Below, piece after piece: positions 31,946 through 41,930 of a DNA stretch of 64,000 nucleotides; the first letter of the stretch is position 1, and each line of letters starts with the position of its first letter. The notes under the pieces are model-generated. The model was not told where the DNA came from. It saw nothing but the letters and a program-made list of their open reading frames with translations, and made no database searches. Origin of the DNA: Candidatus Kapaibacterium sp. (GTDB lineage Bacteria > Bacteroidota > Ignavibacteria > Kapaibacteriales > UBA2268); contig OY762428.1 in the NCBI GenBank assembly GCA_963665665.1, positions 32,001-96,000 of the forward strand, given 5' to 3'. The position numbers and the translations under genes are program-made.

Positions 31946-33254
31946 ATTCCTCCTTTAGCTCGAATACGGAAACAACAGGGAAAAGTCTGGTAAATATCAG
32001 GAACAATGTAAAAAACAATCCTATGGATCCGGCAAAAAGTCCGATTTCATTCCAGGTTGGTATGTAATCCTGCCATTTATTCAGGTATGTATTGGCCTGT
32101 GAGGAAACCACAATTATATATCTTTCCAACCACATACCGATATTAATTAATACTGAAATGATTAATATTACAGGTATAGAATTCCTGATTTTCCTGAACC
32201 AGAATAATTGTGGCAGAATAACATTTGCGATCAGCATAACTGAAAAAAGCAGAGAATATTTACCGAATAATCTCTCAACATATAGGCTTATTTCAATTGT
32301 GTTATCAGTTTCAAATGGCACGACATAATAATAGGGAGCGAAAAACTCAATTATATAAGCATAAGTAATGATCTGGCTCATAGCAATCATCACTTTGGCA
32401 AGTTTTTCGTAGTGTTTTTCGTTAATTATTGATTCAAGGCCGTATAGTTGCCTTAGAAGCGACAAAATCACCACAACCATTGCGCAACCTGAAAGAATCG
32501 CCCCGGCAACAAAATATGGCGGAAATATCGTTGAATGCCAGCCGGGTAGAATGCTGACTGCAAAATCATAAGAAACAATACTGTGAACTGAAATAACCAA
32601 CGGTGTTGCCAGCCCTGCCAGCAGGATATAAGTTTTCCGATAAGCCTTCCACTGGAATGAAAATCCCTGCCAGCCCAGCGATAAATATTTGTACAAGAAA
32701 TTTTTAAAACGGGATTTTACTCGGCCGTAGTAATGCCCAAGGTCCGGTATCAACCCGAGATACCAGAACAGCAAAGATATTATCAAATACGAGGAAATTG
32801 CAAAGAAATCCCATTCAAGCGGCGATTTGAAATTTGGCCATACTGAATTTGATCCGGGATATGGTATCAGCCAGTATATTGAAAACCATGGACGGCCGGT
32901 ATGTATTATGGGAAAAATACCTGCACAGACAATTGCCGCCAGTGTCATAGCCTCGGCTGATCGGCTCAGAGCGTTACGCCATTTCTGGCGGAAAAGGAAT
33001 AAAATTGCGCTGATAAGCGTACCAGCGTGGCCAATGCCTATCCAGAATACGAAATTTGTTATAGCCATACCCCAGGCATTTCCGCTGTTCAAGCCCCACT
33101 CGCCTACTCCTGAAAACAACAGGTTGTACAGCGAAACTGTTCCCCATGACATCAGCGACAGCGATATAATAAAATAAACATACCACTTCCACCCGGCCCT
33201 GTTGTTGAGCTGATTATCTATCAGTTTGTCAATATTTTTAGAAATCAAATTCAA
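31929..33254 (-). CDS. actC: Alternative complex III quinol-oxidising subunit ActC (NrfD/PsrC family)
   Basis: NFVFWIGIGHAGTLISAIL, RSAEAMT, HTGRPW, SPLEWD, SVHSIVSYDFA, GWHSTIFPPYFVAGA, MWLERY. Confidence 0.93.
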   Translation of the reverse strand: MNLISKNIDKLIDNQLNNRAGWKWYVYFIISLSLMSWGTVSLYNLLFSGVGEWGLNSGNAWGMAITNFVFWIGIGHAGTLISAILFLFRQKWRNALSRSAEAMTLAAIVCAGIFPIIHTGRPWFSIYWLIPYPGSNSVWPNFKSPLEWDFFAISSYLIISLLFWYLGLIPDLGHYYGRVKSRFKNFLYKYLSLGWQGFSFQWKAYRKTYILLAGLATPLVISVHSIVSYDFAVSILPGWHSTIFPPYFVAGAILSGCAMVVVILSLLRQLYGLESIINEKHYEKLAKVMIAMSQIITYAYIIEFFAPYYYVVPFETDNTIEISLYVERLFGKYSLLFSVMLIANVILPQLFWFRKIRNSIPVILIISVLINIGMWLERYIIVVSSQANTYLNKWQDYIPTWNEIGLFAGSIGLFFTLFLIFTRLFPVVSVFELKEEYENRK

Positions 33255-35805
33255 AATCCATTCCGCCGAGATAATAAACTGATGGTTTGGTATTCAAGTC
33301 GCCAAGAAGCCTGTATGTCCTGCCGGAATGAATAGCTTTTGATATTTCCGAGTCAGGATCATTAAGGTTCCCGAAAATTATAGCAGAAGTGGGACATGCC
33401 TCCTGGCATGCAGTTTTAACTCCTCCGTCGGGTATTTGTTTGATCCCCTGCTGTTTATACTTTCTGCCGGCCTGGTTCAGCCTCTGAACACAGAAACTGC
33501 ATTTTTCCACTATGCCCCGCGAGCGGACAGTTACATTTGGATTGAACATAAGCTCTGCGGGTTTTTGGATATTTTCCCTATACGGATAATAATTGAAACG
33601 CCGGACTTTATAAGGGCAGTTCGCCATGCAGTATCTTGTTCCAACGCACCTGTTGTAAACCGTTTCATTCAGCCCTTCGGGAGAATGTACCGATGCATGA
33701 ACGGGACACACTGCCTCGCAAGGGGCATTATCACAATGCTGGCAAATCAGAGGAATCTGGTAACGGGCTAATGTATCATTCGTTGTTAAAATAGTTATCC
33801 AGTTTAGAAGCCTGCCTTTCTCTGCTTCCTCAGGGCCTACGGGAGGTATATTGTTCTCGATCCTGCAAGCAGCCACACATGCCGAACAACCGGTACATTT
33901 TTCAAGGTCAATGGCCATTCCCCATTTCTGCCCCAGGTATTCCACTTCCCTGTTGATATCCGGTTTTTCATCATCAATATTAAATTTTTCAAATGAATTT
34001 TTTGATATCTTAATATCAGGAGACTGGGATTCTGCTTTACCTTTAGTTTCGAAAGATATTTTAATGTCTTTATTCAGCTTATATGCCCATGGATTCTGCC
34101 CAACAGGGCTGTAAACGCCGTTGTCAATGAAAACGATAGTATCATCAGCAACTTCATAAGAAACTATACAATTGAAGTTGCCGTTGATAATTTCATTTTT
34201 CTGGTTTCTCGTCTGTATTTCAAGCATATCGCCGCTTTTACATTTGTATTTTTTCGCAATGTTATCGGGTATCATTACTGCCTGTTTATATACCATTCCG
34301 CTAATCGGATCCGGAATTTCCGCCAGAACCGGATTGTCATAACCCGATGAATTTACAGACCTGCATATCTCAATATTAAATTCCGTATCAGCCGCCTCCT
34401 CAGTATCATCGCTTTCATCAGTTTTTGAGAAATCAACCTTTGATCTGTCAAAATCAGCGGGAAAGTAAAATCCTTTCCTAAGTGCCTGCTCCCAGCTTGT
34501 ATCCCCTGCTGTTTCACCAAAGTTTTCTCTTATGAAATCATACCAGTCGCCCGGTATTTCTTCTAAGAGTCCGGCAAAGCAGTTAATCAACAAATCTTCT
34601 GCGTTGCCCGAGTTCTCATTAATCGGAGATATTACCGGCTGCCGGATTGTAACTGAACCATCAATATTATTAAAATCGCCCCAGCTTTCTAAGTAATGAG
34701 ACGCCGGGATTTCAACGCCATATCCATTAATTTTATCAGCGTAAAGGGATAAATTAACCGCATTATCCTCACCAACGGTATCAACTATCCTATCGGTTTC
34801 AAAAGGCCAATAGCGGGACTGTTCGCAATCAAGGAATAGGACTAAATCGCCTTTTTCAGGATTAATCTCATCCAATCCTGACGGTATGATATTTTCTGAT
34901 TTCTTTATCCAATAACTATTTGAATATTCTGGATTTTCTTCATTAACTTTTATTATTTTTCGGATAGGAGTTTCGCTAAGGTTGCCGTCGAATAGAATAA
35001 TTTTACTTTTATTTATTCCACTCAAATATATTGATAAAATACTGCTAATATCTTCTTCAATTTTATGTTGGCTAAATATAGATTTATAATGATTCGGGTA
35101 ATTTGTAATCATCGGTTTTGATATTATGATATCTAAATCTCTTCGGGTCTTCCTTTCGAAAAACTCCCGAGAATACAGCAGCGAGTAATCCGAAAATCCC
35201 AGAAAGTCGTTGTTAATACTTATAACAGAATTATATTTGGAAAGCCTCGGAACGGGAATATGTGATTTGTAAATATTTTGAAGTTTAAAATAAATAGAAT
35301 CAGGAGGAAATATCGAGTAAAACTTAATATTTCCCGATATACCGCTGATCATTGATATTAGTTTTTCCAGTGAGGTTGAAAGTACAGGTGGAAGGCAAAT
35401 ATGAACTTTGTTTCCGCTATCAAGCGCTTCCGATATTTTTTCAGATACTGAATCATAGCAATCATCAATAGCCGCTTCTTTGCCATTTATTGTCGGCTGG
35501 CGGAATCTTTCAGGATCATACAAAGAAAATAATGAAGCCTGCAACTCGGCGCTGGACTTGCCCTTATTTGCAGGGTGGAAATCATTCCCGTCAATTTTTA
35601 CGGGCCTGCCGTCAATCATCTTAACTTTAATGCCATAAACAGACATTCCTGAGCAATAAGCCGACGAATAATAATACTCTTTGCCCGGCAACTGGTATTC
35701 AACAGGCTCTACAGCCGGGACGATTTCCTCGGTCGGCGGCTTGCATGACGCCATAGCGGCGGCGGCAGTGATTGGCAGTATTTTTAAGAATTCCCTTCTT
35801 TCCAT
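33238..35805 (-). CDS. actB: Alternative complex III subunit ActB (molybdopterin-oxidoreductase-like domain + Fe-S ferredoxin domain)
   Basis: Tat signal MERREFLK followed by ASC; GRPVKIDGN..HP; CTGCSACVAAC, CQHCDNAPCEAVC, CVGTRYCMANC, CSFC..CQEAC; GAGGA before ATG at 35805. Confidence 0.92.
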   Translation of the reverse strand: MERREFLKILPITAAAAMASCKPPTEEIVPAVEPVEYQLPGKEYYYSSAYCSGMSVYGIKVKMIDGRPVKIDGNDFHPANKGKSSAELQASLFSLYDPERFRQPTINGKEAAIDDCYDSVSEKISEALDSGNKVHICLPPVLSTSLEKLISMISGISGNIKFYSIFPPDSIYFKLQNIYKSHIPVPRLSKYNSVISINNDFLGFSDYSLLYSREFFERKTRRDLDIIISKPMITNYPNHYKSIFSQHKIEEDISSILSIYLSGINKSKIILFDGNLSETPIRKIIKVNEENPEYSNSYWIKKSENIIPSGLDEINPEKGDLVLFLDCEQSRYWPFETDRIVDTVGEDNAVNLSLYADKINGYGVEIPASHYLESWGDFNNIDGSVTIRQPVISPINENSGNAEDLLINCFAGLLEEIPGDWYDFIRENFGETAGDTSWEQALRKGFYFPADFDRSKVDFSKTDESDDTEEAADTEFNIEICRSVNSSGYDNPVLAEIPDPISGMVYKQAVMIPDNIAKKYKCKSGDMLEIQTRNQKNEIINGNFNCIVSYEVADDTIVFIDNGVYSPVGQNPWAYKLNKDIKISFETKGKAESQSPDIKISKNSFEKFNIDDEKPDINREVEYLGQKWGMAIDLEKCTGCSACVAACRIENNIPPVGPEEAEKGRLLNWITILTTNDTLARYQIPLICQHCDNAPCEAVCPVHASVHSPEGLNETVYNRCVGTRYCMANCPYKVRRFNYYPYRENIQKPAELMFNPNVTVRSRGIVEKCSFCVQRLNQAGRKYKQQGIKQIPDGGVKTACQEACPTSAIIFGNLNDPDSEISKAIHSGRTYRLLGDLNTKPSVYYLGGMDFEFDF

Positions 35806-35812
35806 ATAATCC

Positions 35813-36529
35813 TCAGTAGTGGCAGGCCGAACAGTTTTCCGGGCCTTTTCCCGGTTCATGCGGCATTGTCATCCCTTTAAATAGTGGTTTTTCTCCTTTG
35901 TATAAATATCCCCCGAAGTAAGGATTAGTTGCATATTCATATTTTCTGAAAGATACAAAACTCCCCTTTTCTATTTTTTCATTATCATATATACCTGAAA
36001 TTTCTCTTGCCGGAATAACAAGTGTTTCCGGGCTTCTGTGGCAGTCGATGCACCAGCTCATTGATATATGTTGGCTTCTTTTCATGCTGTCAAGCGTTTC
36101 CACTTCGCCGTGGCAGGAAGAGCAGTCAATCATTGCATTAATATGCGCCGAATGCGAAAACCTTGCGAAAGAGGGTGCACGCCATACTTTTTTCCATTGT
36201 ATCGGGATTTCTTCGTCATAGCTGTAATTAACCCCTGTCATCAGGTCGGATTCGTTCAATAAAGCAATATGACACACCATGCAGTCTCTTGTTGTGGGGA
36301 TATTCGAGAAATCTCCGGCAGGCGCTGTATAATGGCAAAAAACACACTTTACATTATATTTTTCAATATGCAGTTTATGAGAAAAACTGATTCGCTGCTC
36401 GGGTGAATATCCAATGCCTGATACGTAGGCATATTGGAAAATGATGATCGATGATAGAACAGACATAATTATAAAAGCCGTCCCAAGAATTCGTTTAATT
36501 AATAATCTATTTTTAGTCTGTGTCTTCAT
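35813..36529 (-). CDS. actA: Alternative complex III pentaheme cytochrome c ActA
   Basis: N-terminal TM, GYSPEQ.I.FSHKLH; five CxxCH (CVFCH, CMVCH, CSSCH, CIDCH, CSACH). Confidence 0.92.
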   Translation of the reverse strand: MKTQTKNRLLIKRILGTAFIIMSVLSSIIIFQYAYVSGIGYSPEQRISFSHKLHIEKYNVKCVFCHYTAPAGDFSNIPTTRDCMVCHIALLNESDLMTGVNYSYDEEIPIQWKKVWRAPSFARFSHSAHINAMIDCSSCHGEVETLDSMKRSQHISMSWCIDCHRSPETLVIPAREISGIYDNEKIEKGSFVSFRKYEYATNPYFGGYLYKGEKPLFKGMTMPHEPGKGPENCSACHY

Positions 36530-36566
36530 AATTTCAGAAAATTGAAAAACTAATATAATTGTCTAT

Positions 36567-37025
36567 TTAGTCTTTTGAATCAATTATTGCTTTTATAATT
36601 AAATCCCCGGCTTCAAAATCAATTATTTTACTGCGAATATCATCAGGAATTGGCAGTGACTTACCGTCTTTGGGAGATACCTGGACAAGTACGCAGGAAG
36701 CCCTGACAAGAATTACTTCATTCCTAATAACTATATTCTCAAATTCAAGCGAAGACTCGCCAAGTTTTGATATTCTACTTATAACTTCATATTCATCATC
36801 AATTATCGCCGGTGCAAAATAGTCGATATCAGCGTGAACAGTCATTATTGTAAAATCAGGCCTTTTACTTAACGGGAGCCCCAAATCCCTGAAATAATCA
36901 GTTCTTGCCTGCTCTATCCAATATAAATATCGCAGGTTATGAACCACCCGGTATGAATCAACGTCGGCAAACTGTACTCTGCCCTTGATTCTGTGTTTGA
37001 ATTTCTTCAGTTCAACTTTTTCCAT
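36567..37025 (-). CDS. Acyl-CoA thioesterase (4HBT/YbgC hot-dog family)
   Basis: VQFADVD...VVHN..YL.WIEQAR, IDYFAP, LG.SS, PIPD. Confidence 0.88.
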   Translation of the reverse strand: MEKVELKKFKHRIKGRVQFADVDSYRVVHNLRYLYWIEQARTDYFRDLGLPLSKRPDFTIMTVHADIDYFAPAIIDDEYEVISRISKLGESSLEFENIVIRNEVILVRASCVLVQVSPKDGKSLPIPDDIRSKIIDFEAGDLIIKAIIDSKD

Positions 37026-37228
37026 CCTATTTTTTCCCGACTTGATATTCAATAAAATTCAATTTACAAAGATTTTTACGGAAATAATAAATTCAATTTA
37101 TTGAGAGCTCATGTTGAAACGTTTATTAAATTGTTTTTCTAAAAGTTGGGATTCAAATTATTAAAAATGGGCAATTTCGGTATCAAATATTGTTTTTTAC
37201 AATTTTTACTGTTTGAAAATCAATATAC

Positions 37229-37330
37229 AAAAAAGCGCCCCCTGCTGAAGGCGCCTCTTTCGGGTTGCGGACCAGTTTAAAAATAACACATCCGCTTTCG
37301 GCAATCTTTGCCTGATTATTTTCGTCCTGA
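37229..37330 (-). ncRNA. Candidate ~100-nt structured small RNA or leader ending in an intrinsic terminator
   Basis: GC-rich island in an AT-rich spacer; GCGGA/TCCGC pairing, two CCGAAAG motifs, GCGCC..GGCGC-T6 terminator; promoter-like TAACTTGT at 37332-37339. No known family recognised. Confidence 0.4.
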
Positions 37331-37368
37331 TACAAGTTACGAAAGAAAGACAGCTCCTGAAATACCAG

Positions 37369-37429
37369 AAAACCCGTAATTTCAAAAATTACGGGTTTTT
37401 ACGGATACAACTACGGGTTTATACGGATA
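37369..37429. promoter_or_regulatory. Operator-like array: 14-bp perfect inverted repeat plus 18-bp direct repeat
   Basis: AAAACCCGTAATTT-caa-AAATTACGGGTTTT, then TACGGGTTT(T/A)TACGGATA at 37390-37407 and 37412-37429. Confidence 0.55.
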
Positions 37430-37462
37430 ATACAAACTACCATTTAGTAGTTAATTATAAAT

Positions 37463-39196
37463 TTAATTCACAAACTGATCAGCATAATATTTTGCAGTCA
37501 GTTTTTCCCCGGTGGCTTTTTCTATCATATCGTTCCAGTAGTATCTTGCTGCCGGTTTGAATACTTTATCAATCAGGTATTGGCCTGCTTCTTTATTATT
37601 GGCAAAACCTGACATCTCGCCTTTGGGGCTTTTCACAACCTGAGTGTTTATATAATTATATAATTGGGAAGCCAAGAGCTCGCCAAGGAGATAGTTGTGA
37701 TAATAACATGGTACTGTTGCAACATGAATCTTTGTTGCCCAATCAGGCATATTGCGGCCTTCAGGCTTCTTTATCATCTGGTATTTTTCAACAAGATCCC
37801 ACCAAAGCTTATTCAGGTCCTGATCGGGATTGGCATACATAGATTTTTCAAAGCGGTACATTACCTGTGCCCAGCGGCTGAAAGTAAGCTGTTCGAGCTT
37901 TAATATTTTGAATGAAGTTCCTGCAATTTTATTCATCTCTTCATCACTGATACCAAGCATATCACGCATCCACATCGGATTTGAAGCCATGCGTCCAAAC
38001 ATCATGGCAATAGCCTCAGTTGTAAATATATGTGCCGGCTGATCAAGTATCCATGGCAGAGTCTCATCCTGGTATTTGAAATATACGCCGTGTCCGTATT
38101 CGTGGAGCATAGTGTTCATCCAGCTATAACTTGAATCAATATTACATAGAATTCTGATGTCTTTCTTTTTAACATCTATATCAGTGCAAAAAGCATGCTG
38201 ATTTTTTCCTTCTCTTGGGAAAAGGTCGCTGGCAGCGATCATTTTTTCAATTGGCATGCCTATACCTGCATAGTAATCACCTGTAAGTTTCACCAGGTCT
38301 TTGTCTGCATAATATTCATCAAGGTTAATCTCATATATCGACGGAGCTTCCTGGAAATATCTGTTCTGATAGTGCCATGGCATTAATTCCTCTTTTTTGA
38401 TTTTCAGGTCTTTAATCAGGTATTCGTCAATTTCATTTTTTAGTTCGGCAAAAGTGCCTTTTGTTAGTTCGTCAAGTTCGTCAAAGAGTTTGCTTATCTC
38501 TTCCGGATCCTGGTCGCTGAGTTTCAGGCTCATAGTATGGAAATTATCAAAACCAAGTTCGCGGGCTGTTTCGTTTCTCATTTTAACCAGTTTCACCAGG
38601 TCTTCAGCAACAACAGGCCCGAGGTCTTTATGGGCCTTCCATACTTTTTCAAGTTTTTTGCTGTCTTTGCATGTTTTAAGCGTTTTCTCAACCAAGTTAT
38701 CATCGAACTTCTTACCATCTACTACTGCGCGATAATTCTGATACTTCTTGCTGATTTCACTTTGCAATTCTGTGATAGCGTTTAATTTTGCAGTATCTAT
38801 CTGATTTCCGAGAAATTCAAAATACAACCTGTCCAGTTCCCTGCTCATCAGCTCATCATTGATCATACCTGATTCACGGAATTTTTTCAGTTCCTCAAAT
38901 TTTACTTTGTCTGCTGTTAATGCATTGAATTTCTTCTCGGCATCAGCAGCCATTGCAAATTTTTCTTCAGTACCGTCTATTGCGGCATTCCACTCAGCCT
39001 GGGCATATTCTGTATATGCTTTTCCAAGATCATTTTGCACAGCATCGGCAAATTGCCTGAATTCATTTTCCATTATCTTCACTTCCTCTGCGTTTGGTTC
39101 GTCACCCTGTTCTTTATTACCACAGGATATCAGAAAAACTGATAATGCTGCCATTAAAGTAAGGGACTTAAATACTTTGTTAATTGTGTTTTTCAT
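37463..39196 (-). CDS. M2/M3-type (gluzincin) zinc metallopeptidase lipoprotein
   Basis: Lipobox LISC; HEYGH with downstream TTEAIA; PWHY..FFQE-like, YYHNY.LGE. Confidence 0.88.
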   Translation of the reverse strand: MKNTINKVFKSLTLMAALSVFLISCGNKEQGDEPNAEEVKIMENEFRQFADAVQNDLGKAYTEYAQAEWNAAIDGTEEKFAMAADAEKKFNALTADKVKFEELKKFRESGMINDELMSRELDRLYFEFLGNQIDTAKLNAITELQSEISKKYQNYRAVVDGKKFDDNLVEKTLKTCKDSKKLEKVWKAHKDLGPVVAEDLVKLVKMRNETARELGFDNFHTMSLKLSDQDPEEISKLFDELDELTKGTFAELKNEIDEYLIKDLKIKKEELMPWHYQNRYFQEAPSIYEINLDEYYADKDLVKLTGDYYAGIGMPIEKMIAASDLFPREGKNQHAFCTDIDVKKKDIRILCNIDSSYSWMNTMLHEYGHGVYFKYQDETLPWILDQPAHIFTTEAIAMMFGRMASNPMWMRDMLGISDEEMNKIAGTSFKILKLEQLTFSRWAQVMYRFEKSMYANPDQDLNKLWWDLVEKYQMIKKPEGRNMPDWATKIHVATVPCYYHNYLLGELLASQLYNYINTQVVKSPKGEMSGFANNKEAGQYLIDKVFKPAARYYWNDMIEKATGEKLTAKYYADQFVN

Positions 39197-39228
39197 AAAA
39201 ACTCCATTGTAAAATTATTATAAACAAA

Positions 39229-41799
39229 TCATCTGATTATTAAGAATTTAGTACTTGTTTTCTGATTTCCTGATATTAACCTTAAATGATAAACTCCTGA
39301 AGCGAGTTCCTGGTCAATATTAAAATTTCTTGTATAAATACCTTTTTTTAAAATTTTATCAATTAGTGTTTTAACATGGGTACCCATTTCATTGAATATT
39401 TCAATCCTGGTATATGCTTCTTTGGGAATACCAAATTTAACAGAAAGTATATTATAAACATCGGGTCCGTTCAAAATTTCAATATAAAACATATTTTCAT
39501 CGATTTTGATCAAACGCAAATCCCTGGCGCAAGTAAATATTTCAATTACGCCGTTTTTGTGCTCTTTCAGGATACAACTATCCCTATGTACCAATGTTGC
39601 ATTATCAGTCTTGTAGTTGAATTTTATTGAATCGGACAGGAATACCAGAAATTTAGCTGAAGCAATTGTGACATCTGATTTCAGGGCAGTTTGCCCGCTT
39701 GCTTCAATTTTTAAAACATGATTATCACCACTCCGGAATTCCTCGGCAAATACTTCCCAGTCTTCGGGAAGGTTTTCACCCTTTCTTATCTCTTCCTGCC
39801 ATACCATTTTGTTAATACCGTATATCATATTCAATGAAACTGAAGTAACTTCTTCTTTTTCCCATTCATCCGATACTAACCTTACGGGAATATTCAGGAA
39901 CCCGCCCGGAGGTAAGTCCTGGTTCTTAGGATAATTACCAACCTGGAACTCAACATTCATAAGGGATTCAGGAGAATATGCTATACTATCGATAATTGTG
40001 TTACCATTTTTATCGCTTACCTGGAAAACTGCTATCCCTTCGCTGTACTTATCCTCTGAAATAATACTGAATTCAAATACTCCTGATTCCTCATCTCCGC
40101 TGAAATCAACAAAATCCGGTATCATTATCATATTCCTGCTTTCCGGCATCAAACCAATAAAATCAATACCGTAATCAATATAATAATCGTTTCCGTCAGA
40201 CCATAAGCCGGAACTATCAGTAACAACAATGTCAATCGCTCCGCAATCCATTGAATAGTTATATTTCGGGTAGTCAATATCAGAAGTATCGCTGATATTT
40301 TTCAAAGCCATGGCCGCAGGCCACCCGTAGGAATTATATTCACTGAAACCGAATATCTGGCCGGAAAATGGTACACTTCCTCTTAACTCATGATTTCCGG
40401 GGGGTATATTTATTGACAATTTATAAAATCTGTTATCCGGAAAATTAATTAAGTCAGTATCATTAATTAATTCAGACAATAATTTTCCGTCAAATCTCAC
40501 TTGCATAATTTCACTTTTATTTAGTTCTGTAGCATCGAATATCAAATTCAGCCTGTTATCGTCAAATCCGTAATTATCGGCAGGAGTCTGAAAAATTGAT
40601 GATTTTATAAATTGTTCATCAGGAGCAGCAACTATCATAAACGGATCAAAATCCCTTGCTGCGTCCCAATCAGAAGAATAAGAATATTGCATCAGCATAA
40701 CCGGTTTATCTGCATTCCAAACCGAATTTCCCCTGATACTTTTAAATCTGTCACTTCCGTCTCCTTTGACATCTTCAATCAGATATTCGAATATTTCGCC
40801 GGGATTTTTAAGATTTCCACTTTCATTGCCAATCATTTCACCGGTGTTTTGGTCATACCATTTCACACTCCAATTCGTATTTTTCTTTGAAGCCATTAAT
40901 CTGAAAAAGTCCCCTTGTTCTTTACGATTGTATTGGCCGGTATGGAAATTTTTTCCCCATGCGCTAACAGGTGGTATCATCTCAATAAGGTGGTCCCTGC
41001 CGTCAATATGCCGACTCCAAGATGGGATTGCAGTTCGCATGTGGTAAGAAATCAAACCAACAGGTTTGTTTGATATAATATGACTTCCCGATAGATCAAA
41101 TTCTCCCCTTTCAAACCCCTGGCTGCGAACATTATATACATGTCCGGCATTCATTGCTATCACAATAGTATCACCTGGCTTTCTTCCTTTAAAAGTATCA
41201 CCAGAGGCATTATTAACCGATTTGAAAATTATTTTGCAATCGGTATTATCTTCTGATGCAATAATAATAAATCCACCGCCACGCGGAAATCTGCCACTCG
41301 GATAGTTGCTAAAATCATAAAATGCACAATGAAAATATTCATTGCCCCAGGATTTTACAGGTATTGCCATAAAGCCATCAGATGAATATTGCTTTATATT
41401 CATTCCGTATACTGATACCGGCTTTTCTGAAGTAATTTTAATCGATTTTTGAATAATCTGCTCGCATTCATCCACTTCCCAGTTAAAATCTGTGAAATTT
41501 GTAAGGTCGAAAGACTTTGTTTCGCCTGAAAAAATACTGTCAGAGATAACGGTTCCGTCAGGTCCGGTCAGGGTAACATTTGTATTGAATACAGAACTGA
41601 TAAAAATACTCAGGTTAACATCATCAATTACAAAGTCGGGATGTTCATTCTCGGGAAAAGCTATATAAAACAATCTTCCCTGCGACATATTGCCTGATGT
41701 CATATCTTTTTTAGATCCTGATGTTTCGCCTGCATGAAGGGATTGTATTATAAAAAAATACAAAAAGATATTAAATAATATTTTTAAGAACAGTTTCAA
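39229..41799 (-). CDS. T9SS cargo: IgGFc-binding-like N-terminal domain + cohesin-like domain + CTD
   Basis: GRLFYIAFPEN, SSDGFMAIP..WG.EY, DHLIEMIPPV.AWG, YGF...SYGWP; CTD LASGVYHLRL...KFLIIR. Confidence 0.8.
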   Translation of the reverse strand: MKLFLKILFNIFLYFFIIQSLHAGETSGSKKDMTSGNMSQGRLFYIAFPENEHPDFVIDDVNLSIFISSVFNTNVTLTGPDGTVISDSIFSGETKSFDLTNFTDFNWEVDECEQIIQKSIKITSEKPVSVYGMNIKQYSSDGFMAIPVKSWGNEYFHCAFYDFSNYPSGRFPRGGGFIIIASEDNTDCKIIFKSVNNASGDTFKGRKPGDTIVIAMNAGHVYNVRSQGFERGEFDLSGSHIISNKPVGLISYHMRTAIPSWSRHIDGRDHLIEMIPPVSAWGKNFHTGQYNRKEQGDFFRLMASKKNTNWSVKWYDQNTGEMIGNESGNLKNPGEIFEYLIEDVKGDGSDRFKSIRGNSVWNADKPVMLMQYSYSSDWDAARDFDPFMIVAAPDEQFIKSSIFQTPADNYGFDDNRLNLIFDATELNKSEIMQVRFDGKLLSELINDTDLINFPDNRFYKLSINIPPGNHELRGSVPFSGQIFGFSEYNSYGWPAAMALKNISDTSDIDYPKYNYSMDCGAIDIVVTDSSGLWSDGNDYYIDYGIDFIGLMPESRNMIMIPDFVDFSGDEESGVFEFSIISEDKYSEGIAVFQVSDKNGNTIIDSIAYSPESLMNVEFQVGNYPKNQDLPPGGFLNIPVRLVSDEWEKEEVTSVSLNMIYGINKMVWQEEIRKGENLPEDWEVFAEEFRSGDNHVLKIEASGQTALKSDVTIASAKFLVFLSDSIKFNYKTDNATLVHRDSCILKEHKNGVIEIFTCARDLRLIKIDENMFYIEILNGPDVYNILSVKFGIPKEAYTRIEIFNEMGTHVKTLIDKILKKGIYTRNFNIDQELASGVYHLRLISGNQKTSTKFLIIR

Positions 41800-41930
41800 G
41801 TTATGAATAAAAAAATATATCTTAAAAATTAATTTACTTAGTTTAGTGTCAGTTCAGAAATTATTTAAAGCAACAATAAAATTAAACAGGTGAAATCAGT
41901 TTTCGTTTCATTTCAGGGACAAACTCTCTA

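Noticed and set aside
37229-37330. c-di-GMP-I riboswitch (GGCAAA...GAAA resemblance)
   Set aside because: Lacks the GACGCAAA junction and the P3 arm; kept only as an unclassified RNA candidate.
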